Below, piece by piece: positions 39,731 to 51,128 of a stretch of 64,000 nt of DNA. How positions within the stretch are numbered: position 1 is the stretch's first letter; each line of letters opens with the position of its first letter. This stretch comes from Mobula hypostoma (taxonomy: Eukaryota): contig NC_086107.1 in assembly GCF_963921235.1 (NCBI RefSeq), positions 107,324,001 through 107,388,000 on the forward strand, written 5' to 3'. The notes below the pieces were generated by a model. It saw nothing but the letters and a program-made list of their open reading frames with translations, had not been told where the DNA came from and ran no database searches. The translations under genes were made by a program, and so were the position numbers.

Positions 39731-40034
39731 TATAAAGAGATTCCGGGCAACTGATCAAGCGGGTAGATTTTAAATAGCATCTTAAAGAGAGAGAAGGTGA
39801 GTAGAGGGAATTCCAGACCTTTGCACCCAGCATCTTAAGGTACCGATGGTTTTGCTATGAGCTACACAGTGTGCGGTTTGTGGCACTGCTCCCTCATAGC
39901 TCCAGTGAACTGGATTTAATACAGACTTCTAGTGTTCTCTCTGTGACCCCATGGTTTTCCCCAGGTGCTCTGGTTTCCTCCCACTGACACAGAGTGGATG
40001 TGGAGAGGATGCTTCCAAAAGCGGGAGAGCCTGG

Positions 40035-40409
40035 ATTAGATTAGATTAGATTATGAGGACACGCAGTCCTTTTTTATTGTCATTTAGTAATGCATGCATT
40101 AAGAAATGGTACAATGTTCCTCCAGTGTGATATCACAGAAACGCAAGACAGACCAAGACTGAAAAACTGACAAAAACCACACAATTATAACATACAGTTA
40201 CAACAGTGCAAAGCAATACCGTAATTTGATAAAGAGCAGACCATGGGCACAGTAAAAAAAAGGTCAAAGTCTCTCAAAAGTCCCATCCTCTCACGCAGAT
40301 GATAGAAGGAAGAAAAACTCTCCCTGCCATGAGCTTCCAGCGCCGCAAACTTGCCGATGCAGCACCCTGGAAGCATCCGACCACAGCCGACTCTTGAGTC
40401 CGTCCGAAA
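40035..40409 (-). mobile_element. Non-autonomous LINE-related element, copy 3 (5'-truncated)
   Basis: Shares the (TCTAA)n tail and 3' half with 13695 and 36332. Confidence 0.8.
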
Positions 40410-41095
40410 ACAGAATTGGACGACCCTTTAGAACAGAGATGAGGAGGAATTTCTTGAGCCAGAGGGTGGTGAATCTGTGGAATTCATTGCCACAGACGGC
40501 TGTGGAGGCCAAAACAATGGGTATATTTAAAGTGGGAGGTGATAGGTTCTTGATTGGTAAGGCTGACAAAGGTTACGGAGAGAAGGCTGGACAATGGGGT
40601 TGAGCGGGTAAATAAATAAGTTGAATGATGGTACAGATTTGATGGGCTGAAAGGTCTAATTCTGCTCCAATGTCCTATGTTCTTACGGTCACACCCGAAT
40701 GAAACGTTGGTTAATTGACTACTATGTTATCCCTAGATGTGTAGACGAGCAGGAGATGGGAATTTGAGAGAAGCTGATGGAAGCAAAGAGAATAAAACAC
40801 AGACAGTAAGTGTATAAATGGGTGTTTGATGGTTGCCGTGGGCTCACTGGACTCTGTAACACTATCAAAGGATTATGGGGGAGATGGAACTGGACATGCC
40901 CCGGATTGAAGGAGACTGAGGAGAAGAGAACATGGACAAATTCTTAAACAAAGATGGGCTTTGGAAAATTATTTATTTATTTACATTGAGCTGCAGTGTG
41001 GAATAGGCCCTTCCAGACTTTCGAGCCGCGCCAGCCAGCAATCCCCCGAGTTAATCCCAGCCTAATAACAGGTCATTTTACAATCTACCAATTGG

Positions 41096-41308
41096 AACAC
41101 ACACACAAAACGCTGGAGGAACGCAGAAGGCCAGGCAGCATCCGCAGAAAAGAATAAGCAGTCGACACTTCAGTCCCAGTGAAGGGTCTCGGCTCGAAGT
41201 GTCGACTGTTTACTCTTTTCCACAGATGCTGCCTGGCCTGCTGAGTTCCTCCAGCACTTTGAGTGTGTTGCTCGGATTTCCAGCATCTGCAGATATCCTC
41301 GTGTTTGC
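41096..41308. mobile_element. Older fold-back Penelope-derived mini-element inserted in a V-SINE
   Basis: Inverted arms, degenerate hammerhead, tail; flanks AATCTACCAATTGG (41082-41095) / AACCTACCAACTGG (41309-41322). Confidence 0.75.
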
Positions 41309-43834
41309 AACCTACCAACTGGCACGTCTCTGTGGGAGGAAACCGGAGCATCTGGTAGGAAATCCACACGGTCACAGGGAGAACATACAAACTCCTTACA
41401 GGCAGCGGCGGGAATTGAACCTGGGTCACTGGAACTGCTAAGCGTTGTGCTAAGCATTAGGCTAACATTACAAAACTGGAGTAGTGTTGGTTGGTGCAAT
41501 GAGTGAACGTGACTTCGGGCACAGACAGTGGAGCACTGGGTGAGTCAAGTTTAAGCAGTCCAGTGTAATAGGTAGACCAAGATGTAATGTGAGTGCAAAT
41601 GCAAAGGAAGATTTGCATCTGTACAAATACTATCAGCCTTCTCAGTACATGAACGTGGTTTGTGACCAATCATCAAAGATAAGCGAGCGATTACTCCTTG
41701 TGTCCATGGGGCAACTGGGCTGAAGGAGCCACCTCCTTCTCACTTATGAGAGAGAGAGAGAGAGAGAGAGCGCCTGTGGTATGTGGAATGCCGGGTGAAA
41801 CGCGAAGTCTTTGGGGGAACTGCAAGTCTGTGTCTTTGCTGTTGCTTTGCTCACACTTGAGTGCTCGGTGGTGGGTGCTGATGCTTTTTTTTTGCCGGTG
41901 GGGGGGAGGGGGGATCATTGCTTGCTGTCACTTAAGCGCGGGAGAGAGGGGAGCTGGGGGGACTTTGGGGTTCTTACGTTTGACTGTCGTTCATTCTTTG
42001 GGGCACTCCTCTGTTTTCGTGGATGATTGTGAAGAAAAAGCATTTCAGGATGTATATTGTATACATTTCTCTGACATTAATTTGCAACTTTGAACCTTTA
42101 ACTGCTCATTTCCATATTGTACATTCTAAGGCAGAGGATGAATGAGATGGTCCCAGGTCTTTCTCCAGCAACTAAGCAACCATTCCTGTTATTACGTTAA
42201 TAGAACATAGAAATCTACAGCACATTACAGGCCCTTCGGCCCACAATGTTGTAACCTACTCTAGAAACTGCCTAGAATTTCACTACCGCATGGCCCTCTA
42301 TTTTTCTAAGCTCCATGTATCTATTAAAAGACCCTATTGTATCCCCCTCTACCACCTTCACCGGCAGTGCATTCCACACACTCACCACTCTCTGTGTGAA
42401 AAACTTACCCCTGACATCTCCCTTGTACCTACTTCCAAGCACCTTCAAACTATGCCCCTTTGTGTCAGCCATTTCAGCCCTGGGAAAAAGCCTCTGGCTA
42501 TCCACACAATCAATGCCTCTCATCATCTATCAGGTCACCTCTCATCCTCCGTCGCTCCAAGGAGAAAAGGCCAAGTTCGCTCAGCCTACTCTCATAAGGC
42601 ACACTCCCCAATCCAGGCAACATCCTTATTAATGGTGGAACCATAGTAGTGGTTAGTGCATCGCTTTCCACCACTGTCTGTGAGGAGTTTGCACGTTCTC
42701 CCCGTGACAGCAAGAGTTTTCTCCTACTGCTCGAGTTCCTCCCCCACCCCCCCGATTCCAATTACGTACAGGCTAGGATTAGTAAGTTGTAGAAATGTTG
42801 GCAGAGGTGTGGCGACACTTGCGGGCTGCCCCCAGATCATCCTCAGACTGTCTGGACCGTTGACGTAAGCAACGCATTTCACTGCATGCTTCGATGTTTT
42901 GATATGCATGTGACACATAAAACTTAGTCCCATCTGGCACCAATCAGTCATTCCAGGGGCTTGACATCAGCTCGTGATTCTACGTCCAAATGGATAGTTG
43001 TAACATTGTTGTGATCCTGTTACTGCATTATTAAATCAGAGCTCTGGACTAATTGAAAACAAGTTGCCTGTTCCTCTAGCAATAAGATTAGGGCAGATTT
43101 TGGCACAGCTCCATTTTCCAGCCTGTTTCCCATAACCCTGGACTTTCCCCCCCGCAACCCTCATAGATCAAAAATCTCCCTGTCTGACTCTTGAATAGTT
43201 TCAGTGCTCTTCCTTCATAGCTTCATAGCCTCCTGGGGTAGAGAATTCCAAATGCTCGCGAGCCCGTTTTAAATGGGAGATCCCTTATTGTAAACTCTGC
43301 CCCCTTGTTCTTGATCGGGTAACCAGGGCAACATCATTGCACCATCTGACAAGCCAGAGGGCTAATGAGTTGAAATGTTACAACAGCAGTTGGAGAATCT
43401 GAAAGCTGCGGTCATTAAATGTGATTTAGATTCTGCCAGATTGTCATAGAATCATATTTGGTTTAGGAAGAGAAAGATTATCTGGTTTGAGCTGATTCTA
43501 TTCCCAGGTTAACGCAAGTAACTATCGAATATCTGCTGAAGGGTAATGTTGATGAATCAGACGGGTATCAGAGAAATTTCTTGGTCTTCAGTGCTCTCTC
43601 ACCAAATTTTAAAAAAAGCTGTAAGTGCAAATCCATAAGACACTTGGAGCAGAATTAGGCCATTTGGGCCATTGAGTCAGTTCCGCCATTCCATCATGCT
43701 AATCCTCTCAATCCCATTCTCTTCCCTTCTTCCCATAAACGTTGACACCCTTACTAATCAAGAACCTATCGACCTCTGCTCCAAATATACCCGGTGCTAT
43801 TAAACCTCATTCTGATGAACAGGAGTTATCCACG

Positions 43835-44312
43835 GTCAGTCAGTCAGTGGTGCCGTCACACATCTGGGGTTGGCGGCTATGCACCTTCATCTTCTTCGAT
43901 CTTGCGACAGCACCGAGTACAGCCTCTCCTCCAGTTTGTTCTCGCTGGCCGCCTTGGCACCGCCCACTGCCACCCCCTGCCGAACTCGAGCCCGAGGCCG
44001 TGTCGGCCTCCAGCCGCGGCTGCTTCTTCGAGCTCGGCCCTTCCTTAGGCGGAGGCCTTGGGCAGGTCCAGGCACACGGTGCAGCGCCCAAGTTCATCAT
44101 ATCTCTTCTAACTAGGTGCATAGCATACGATTCGTAGATACGTGGTGAGGCTTTAATCTCTTCCACGGAAGATGGCCATTGGCTCACAAGGAGATCAGCC
44201 GCCCTTTGTCAGGTCTTGTTTTTTTTAGTTCTGCTGGGTGTCCTCACACCCTCCTCACCAGGCTAAGTCCGGTGGGGGAGCCGGCCCAAGTCGCCGACCA
44301 CTCACCATGCCC
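43835..44312 (-). mobile_element. Short RTE-derived non-autonomous element hosting a captured gene fragment
   Basis: Minus strand encodes HLVRRDMMNLG before and QDRRR after the insert (RTE ORF C-terminal VxxDMxxLG...AQDRxxW motif); (ACTG)n tail. Confidence 0.6.
43907..44085 (-). pseudogene. CYHR1: Circularly permuted 179-bp fragment of the CYHR1/ZFTRAF1 first coding exon
   Basis: Minus strand: 44085-44050 encodes [11 protein letters not shown] and 44049-43907 encodes PKEGPSSKKQPRLEA...[12 protein letters not shown] (one frameshift). Joining the two outer ends restores [22 protein letters not shown], recalled from CYHR1/ZFTRAF1. Confidence 0.85.
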
Positions 44313-44486
44313 ACCTGGTCATTATTGATAAGTCTATCAATATTAATGATAACGGATTATCATTACCACTGGTTGTGGGAGCTTGCTGTGCACAAATCCT
44401 TGCTAAGTTTCACACAAGAATACTCCTTTGGGGTTAAGTGCTTTGGAGCTCCCTCAAAGGGAGGTGAATGGCACTATAGAAATGTA

Positions 44487-45049
44487 CGTTCAGTGGCCAC
44501 TTTATTAAGAGCTTCCTGTACCCAATAAAGTGGCCACTGAATGTCTGTTCATGGTCTTCGAACGCTGTAGCCCATCCACGTCAAGGTTCGATATGTTGTG
44601 CATTCAGAATGCTCTTCTCCACGCCACTGTTGTAATGTGTCCTTATTTGAGATACTGTTCCCTTCCTGTCAGCTTGAACCGGGCCGGCCATTCTCCTTTG
44701 ACGTCTCTCATTAACAATGCATTTTTGCCTACAGAATTGCTACTCATGGGAATTTTTTTTCTCACTATTCTCTGTAAACTCTAGAGACTGCTGTGCATGA
44801 AAATTCCAGGATATCAGCAGTTTCTGAGATACTCAAACCACCCCATCTGGCACTAGAAAAAAAATCACTCGACAGTCAAAGTCACTTAGGTCACATTTCT
44901 TCCCATTCTGATGTTTGGTTTGAACAACTGAACCTCTTGAAAATGTCAGCATACTTTCCTGTATTGAGTTGCTGTCAAATGACTGGCTGATTAGATACTT
45001 GCATTAATGAGCAGGTGAACAGGTGTAGCTAATAAAGGGCTACTGGGTG
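44487..45049 (-). mobile_element. Non-autonomous Tc1-like element
   Basis: TA flanks at 44485-44486 and 45050-45051; reverse complement of the 23090/32503 family. Confidence 0.85.
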
Positions 45050-45282
45050 TAATTGAGTTGTTTTCTTCACTGATAGTTAACGATGGTTAATGAATGGCAG
45101 CCTTGGCCATGACTAAACATGTGACATGCACACCAGTACAAATGAGCTCATTTTCATAAAGCCTCAGGGGCAAGCAAATGTAGATCTTTCATTTGAATAG
45201 CGCCTTTACGTCTTACGCTATTGGTAGATGGATAAATATTAGCCTCAGAGCACTGAGGAGAACTCCCTTGCTCAAAGAGACA

Positions 45283-46377
45283 CCTATATTCTACTAAAAC
45301 TCTCATGCTCTGTCTGTCTGTTTGTCTGTTTGTGACCTCCAATTAGCGCAAACGGTGCATTACAGCGGCACTTTTTTGCCTCAATTGAATTAAAATGCGC
45401 TAACTTGCAGAATACAGGCAAAATTCTGGGTTATATATTCACATAAAATTGCTCATTCGCAAAAATCAACACGTTGGCTTTCACCCAAGACCCAATCGGC
45501 CATCATGGAAATCGGGACACGACAACCCGACGCATGCACACGGCCAGCCTCAGCAGCGACACCTACCGGAGCAAAAGGGCAGGGCAGCTCTATTTCGAGG
45601 GGACATTCTGCTCATCACCATCAGCATGTGCAGGATGGGACACATCTAACTGCCACTCATCAATATGAGATAATTAAATCTTATTGTAATGACGTACTCC
45701 GAGACACCCATAAAACCCTTTGCTGCAGTCAAAGGACAGCGGTGACTATATCACATCCATTTAAGAGAGTGCCAACCACATCATCAAGAATAATCAGCAT
45801 CCTTTGGTGTTAGTGCTTTGTATCTTCTATCCAGCATTAGGGTAAAAAAAATGGTCAGCCTAATTATGCCGCGTGGAAAGGGAAGGGGGTCATTGTGGTC
45901 AAGGGATGATGGCAAACGTCGTTGGGAAGCGGCAAGAAGAGGGAGAGAACAAGAATCAGATGAGGCCAGGGCCACACGACACCAGGATCAAATAGTCAGG
46001 ACAAAAAAAGATGAGAGAAGAAGAGACAGAGGAGGAGAGGCATGCACGTCTCCAGGATCAGACCAAAAAAAAGCAGCAGAAGAGCTGAAGAGACAGGGGA
46101 TGAAAGGACTGCATGTCTCCAGAATGACAACGAGAGGCACGAGGGTGGCAGATAAACCAGAAATGATGCCATCAAAAGTGTCCTTCGTTAAACGAGGAGG
46201 AGCTGTATTCGCTTTGCTACGCGTCATTCTTCATTAATAAACTGAGGTTTTTTTACTTCAGTTTCCAAAGCAAAGCAATACCAATAGCATTCAGGAAAAT
46301 TTAATGTTCATTCTGTCACATCAGACTGCACTACCCTTCTCTCAAAGGGTGCCCCAATGGGTCATCCCGTTGTCTAG
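45283..46377 (+). mobile_element. Non-autonomous Helitron
   Basis: 5' (C/T)CTATATTCTACTAAAAC followed by (TCTG)n; 3' hairpin CAATGGG-TCAT-CCCGTTG then CTAG|T; internal EQESDEARATRHQDQ / EEETEEERHARLQDQ STPR-like repeats. Confidence 0.8.
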
Positions 46378-48429
46378 TAGATTATAGAGTCATTCAGCAC
46401 TGTTGGCCCAATGGTCCATGCTGACCAATATGCCCTTCCGAGCTTCTTCCATTTGTAAAGAATTGGTCTGCAATGCTCTACAGTGTTCCTATCTATGTAC
46501 ATGACTAACTATCTTTTAAAAGTTGTTATTCTACCCAACTCAATCACATAGATACCTTCCTTTGTATAAAATAAGTTGCCCCTCAGTTCCTTTTAAACCT
46601 CTGCCACTGTCACCTTAATCCTATGCCCTCTGGATCTTGATTCTCTAACCTTGGGAAAAGGATTGAGTGCGTTTACCCTATCTCTATCTCTCAGTATTTT
46701 ATACACCTCTGTAAGATCACCCTTCGTTCATCTAATCTCCAAAGAGTTAATCTTCGAGTGGGACTTTTAACGACCACTTTAGAGTGTGTTGGTTTACAAA
46801 AGATGAAAACCCTGACAGTACAACACTCCCCTGGCACCGCGCCGGAGTAACAGCCTGGATTTTTGTGGTCCAGCACAAGCCTTTGCACTTCTATCGATGT
46901 GTAGTGGAGAATATGTTGACTGGCTGCATCACAGTCTGGTACAGAAACACCAAAGCCCTAGAATGGAAAATCCTACAAAAAGTAGGGAATATGGCCCTGC
47001 CCGTCATGGGTAAAGCCCTCCCCTCCATTGAGCACATCTGCACAGTGTTGTTGTAGGAAACCAGCATCCATCATCAAGGCCCTCCACCACCCAGGTCATG
47101 ATCTCTCCTCTCTGCTACCATTAGTAAGAAAGAACAGGAGCGTCAGGAATCACACCACCAGAAACAGGGACAGTTATGACCCCTCAGTCATCAGGCTTTT
47201 GAACCAAAGGGTATAACTTCACTCGCCTTCACTATTCTCATCATTGAACTGTTCCCACAATCCATGGACTCACTTTCGAGGACTGTTCATCTCATGTTTT
47301 TGATATTTATTGCTTACTTATTTATTATTTATTTCTTTTATCATTTGTAAAGTTTGTTGTCTTTTGTACTCTGGGTGAAAGCCCAAGTTGGTGTGGGCTT
47401 TCATTGATTCTATTATGGTTATTATTCTATTATGGATTTATTGAGTATGCCCGCAAGAAATCAAATCTCAGGTTTGTATATGGTGTTATATATGTGCTTT
47501 GATAATATATCTACTTTGACTTTTAACTTTAAGATTTGAACCCATGATGTCCAGCTCGGAGGTGAGAGAGGGGGCATAGCTAACGGAGAAGAAAGCAAGT
47601 GACTGTGTTCCCTTAAATGACTGAAGCTGAGAAACTATTCAGCTGCATAATCAAAGATACTAATTCCACAGGGAGAAGCAATCCTGGACCACAGCTTAAA
47701 GATTCCGATCTATCCCAATTAGAAGCTGTCTCTCAAAAAGCCTGCAGCCTGACAAGGTTGCTGACACAGGGAGAAAATGATCATTCATATTCGCTGCAGC
47801 GCTCTCCCTCTCTCACACTCGCTTATGCTCTTTGTTTCAATTAGTGGCCAGAAGACATCTAGCAGAACAGAAAGCTGGCCACTGTTGGTTACTCCACTCA
47901 ACACCCAGATGTGTGAACAATATGACTGCGTGAACAATATGCCCCCGTGGACCAATTCTTGGTCAGAGGGAAACCACAGAGAGTGCAGGAGCTTTGCGCG
48001 GGTATAAACAATCCTTGGTCGAGATCGTCTTTGTGGAAAATAGAAAGCCCTGCTCTCGAATAGGAAATCTCAGCTCCCCCAATGTGAAGCTTGTAGGCAT
48101 ATAAGATAGAGAGTTTTACCAGAAGCTTGGAGACACTAAGCCTACAGCCACCCTGGAGAGCCCGTAGCCAGTAAAATTTTCCAAGAAGCTTGGAACCGTT
48201 CACTGTTCTGCTTTTAACCCTTTCTATACTTTTTCTAAAGATTTGGCAATTTATTGGTAGTCGGATACTTTGTGCCAGAGTGAGAAGTGGAAACATGTGC
48301 CTTCCCAGTGTTACTGTCTACCAAGGGTGGGAAAGGGTATTGGTTCAAGTGAACTCCAGAAACAGAAACTGTGGCTAAGAGCATTGTTGGGAAGGTACAG
48401 TACTGAGGACATAATGTATCATCTGGGGG

Positions 48430-49332
48430 ATGGTACTGAGGGAGTGTCACATTGTCAGAGGGACAGTACCGAGGGAGTGTCACACTGTCGGAGGGACAGT
48501 ACTGAGGGAGTGCCTCACTGTCAGAGGGACGGTACCGAGGGAGTGTCACACTGTCGGAGGGACAGTACTGAGGGAGTGCCTCACTGTCAGAGGGACGGTA
48601 CCGAGGGAGTGTCACACTGTCGGAGGGAAGGTATCGAGGGAGTGTCACACTGTCGGAGGGACGGTACCGAGGGAGTGTCTCACTGTCGGAGGGACGGTAC
48701 CGAGGGAGTGCCTCACTGTCGGAGGGACAGTACCGAGGGAGTGTCTCACTGTGGGAGGGACGGTACCGAGGGAGTGCCTCATTGTCGGAGGGACGGTACC
48801 GAGGGAGTGTCTCACTGTGGGAGGGACGGTACCGAGGGAGTGTCACACTGTCAGAGGGACAGTACTGAGGGAGTGTCTCACTGTCGGAGGGACAGTACTG
48901 AGGGAGTGTCTCACTGTGGGAGGGACGGTACCGAGGGAGTGTCACACTGTCAGAGGGACAGTACTGAGGGAGTGTCTCACTGTCAGAGGGACAGTACTGA
49001 GGGAGTGTCACACTGTCAGAGGGACGGTACCGAGGGAGTGTCTCACTGTCAGAGGGATAGTACTGAGGGAGTGCCACACTGTCGGAGGGACGGTACTGAG
49101 GGAGTGTCTCACTGTCAGAGGGACAGTACCGAGGGAGTGTCACACTGTCAGAGGGACAGTACTGAGGGAGTGTCTCACTGTCAGAGGAACGGTACTGAGG
49201 GAGTGTCTCACTGTCAGAGGGACAGTACTGAGGGAGTGCCACACTGTCGGAGGGACAGTACTGAGGGAGTGTCACACTGTCAGAGGAACGGTACTGAGGG
49301 AGTGTCACACTGTCAGAGGGACAGTACTGAGG
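48430..49332. repeat. 33-bp minisatellite (GAGGGAGTGTCACACTGTCAGAGGGACAGTACT), ~27 copies
   Basis: Directly visible tandem array; 11-aa periodicity in ORFs 48235, 48270 and 48430. Confidence 0.97.
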
Positions 49333-49389
49333 TAGAACTGCACCATCAAACTCACACGATTGAGCAATAGCTGTAGTGTTCAAACAGCA

Positions 49390-49640
49390 GCTTTCACATG
49401 AACGTTAATCCAGCTCCCTATCTGTTCTTTCAGTTGAAGTACGAACTCCCCATGCCCTTACTTTGAAAATGTCTCAGAGCCAACACTTATCCCTCAGTCA
49501 CCATCCTGAAACAGATGGTCTGGTTGTTGTTGTTTGTAGGACCTTGCCACATGTACAATTCGGCTGTCACATTCTCTATATTGCAATAAAAAAATCTTTA
49601 TTGTTTCTAAGCCACCACAGGAGTCCCTGAGATATGATAT
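49390..49640 (+). mobile_element. Degenerate Deu-domain SINE (SacSINE1/AmnSINE-related) 3' part
   Basis: CCAACACTTATCCCTCA...AAACAGATGGTCTGGT...TGTTTGTAGGACCTTGC resembles the recalled Deu-SINE consensus; related remnants near 31885, 34100, 44355, 45175, 46780 and 57540. Confidence 0.6.
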
Positions 49641-49782
49641 AATTCCCCACCTCTCTAACCAAGCTTTTGGTTGTCATGGCTCTGTGTCAAATTGGAATGA
49701 TCTGCCCCTTTGGGAAGCTTTGAAGAGATAAAGTTATCGGTCGCTTTCTTTCGTTTGCTCTAAACTGCTGCAATATTTATAG

Positions 49783-49794
49783 GGAGTGGGGCAG
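49783..49794 (+). other. Candidate 12-nt microexon (GGAGTGGGGCAG)
   Basis: Pyrimidine tract, CTAAAC branch-like site and TGCTGC, then TTTATAG acceptor; consensus donor CAG|GTGAGT; frame-preserving, with no stop in any frame. Confidence 0.45.
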
Positions 49795-50203
49795 GTGAGT
49801 GTGGGGGTGGGTATGGGGAGGAAGTGAAGTGTCGTCTGGCAAATACCAGCTGAACGCAATACCTGGGATTTATTAATGATTTTTCATGCGTGGTAGGATA
49901 TCATTGAGTGATTGGGCATGGGGGAGGGGAGGATGAGGTCAGAGGGCAAGGTTTAGTCCTAGGGTCACGGAAGCACCACAGGCTAACTTGTCTATGACAA
50001 CCACTGCATCTTCCCTGCCAGTCCAGCTGCCCAGGCTCTCTTCAGCTTCCTCTTTCAGAACCCTGGGATGTAGTTCATCTGGTCCAAGTGACTTATCTAC
50101 CTTTAGATATAAACAAAATAATCTGCAGATGCTGTGATCAAAACAACACTTTCAGTACGCTGGATGAACTCAGCAGGTCGGGCAGCATCGGTTAGAAACG
50201 ATG

Positions 50204-50239
50204 AGTCGACGTTTCGGGCCGGAACCCTTCATCAGGACT
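50204..50239 (-). ncRNA. Minimal type I hammerhead ribozyme motif, intact
   Basis: Minus strand AGTC CTGATGA A GGGTTCCGGCCC GAAACGTC GACT. Confidence 0.8.
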
Positions 50240-51128
50240 GAAGAATGAAAGATGGGGAAGGATTTGAAGAATGCTTGTAGCTTCAGTTGAAAGACCAGTA
50301 ATTTGAAAGACAAAGGGGTGGGGGAGAGGAAGCATTAACGTCATAACCCTGAAAACAATGGGTGGTAGAAGGAGGAGGCGGAACCATGAGGGAGCTGGGG
50401 GAGGGGGTAGAGTGAAATAGGGATAGAGGAAGGGAGGGGGAGGGAATTACCGGAAGTTGGAGAATTCTATGTTCATACCAAGGGATTGGAGACTACCTAG
50501 ACGGTATATGAGGTGTTGCTCCTCCAACCTGTTTAGCCTCATCATGGCAGTAGAGGAGGCCATGTATGGACATATCTCCAGGTGAGGCAACACTTCACTT
50601 GTGAGTCTGTTGGGGTCATCTATTGCATCCGGTGCTCCCGGTGCGGCCTCCTCTACATCGGTGAAACCCGACGCAGATTGGGGGACCACTTCGTCGAGCA
50701 CCTCCACTCCGTCCGCCAAAACAGACAGGATCTCCTGGTAGCCACCCACTTCAACTCTGCTTCCCATTCCCATTCAGGTATGTCCATACATGGCCTCCTC
50801 TACTGCCATGATGAGGCTAAACTCAGGTTGGAGGAGCAACACCTCATATACCGTCTAGGTAGTCTCCAGCCCCTTGGTATGAACATAGAATTCTCCAACT
50901 TCCGGTAATAACTTCTGGTAATTACTTCCCCCTCCCTTCCCCTATCCCTATGTCACTCTGCCTCCTCCCCCAGCTCCCTCATGGTTCCGCCTCCTCCTTC
51001 TACCACCCATTGTTTTCAGGGCTATGAAGTCATTGCTTCCCCTTCCCCACCCCTTTGTCTTTCAAGTTACTGGTCTATCAACTGACGGTACAGGCATTCT
51101 TCAAATCTTTCCCCATCTTTCATTCTTC

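Noticed and set aside
43840..44187. Functional CYHR1 exon or intact 115-aa ORF
   Set aside because: Permuted order, a frameshift, no splice sites, and embedded in a TE.
44225..44312. HDV-like ribozyme at the 5' end of the RTE-derived element (GGCCGGC motif)
   Set aside because: P1, P1.1 and P2 could only be drawn with mismatches; not supportable by eye.
48430..49332. CRISPR-like array
   Set aside because: Units are contiguous with no unique spacers, and the context is eukaryotic.
48235..49383. Three long ORFs (382, 366 and 301 aa) as host proteins
   Set aside because: They arise from a 33-bp minisatellite that lacks stops in several frames on both strands; no domain or splice context.
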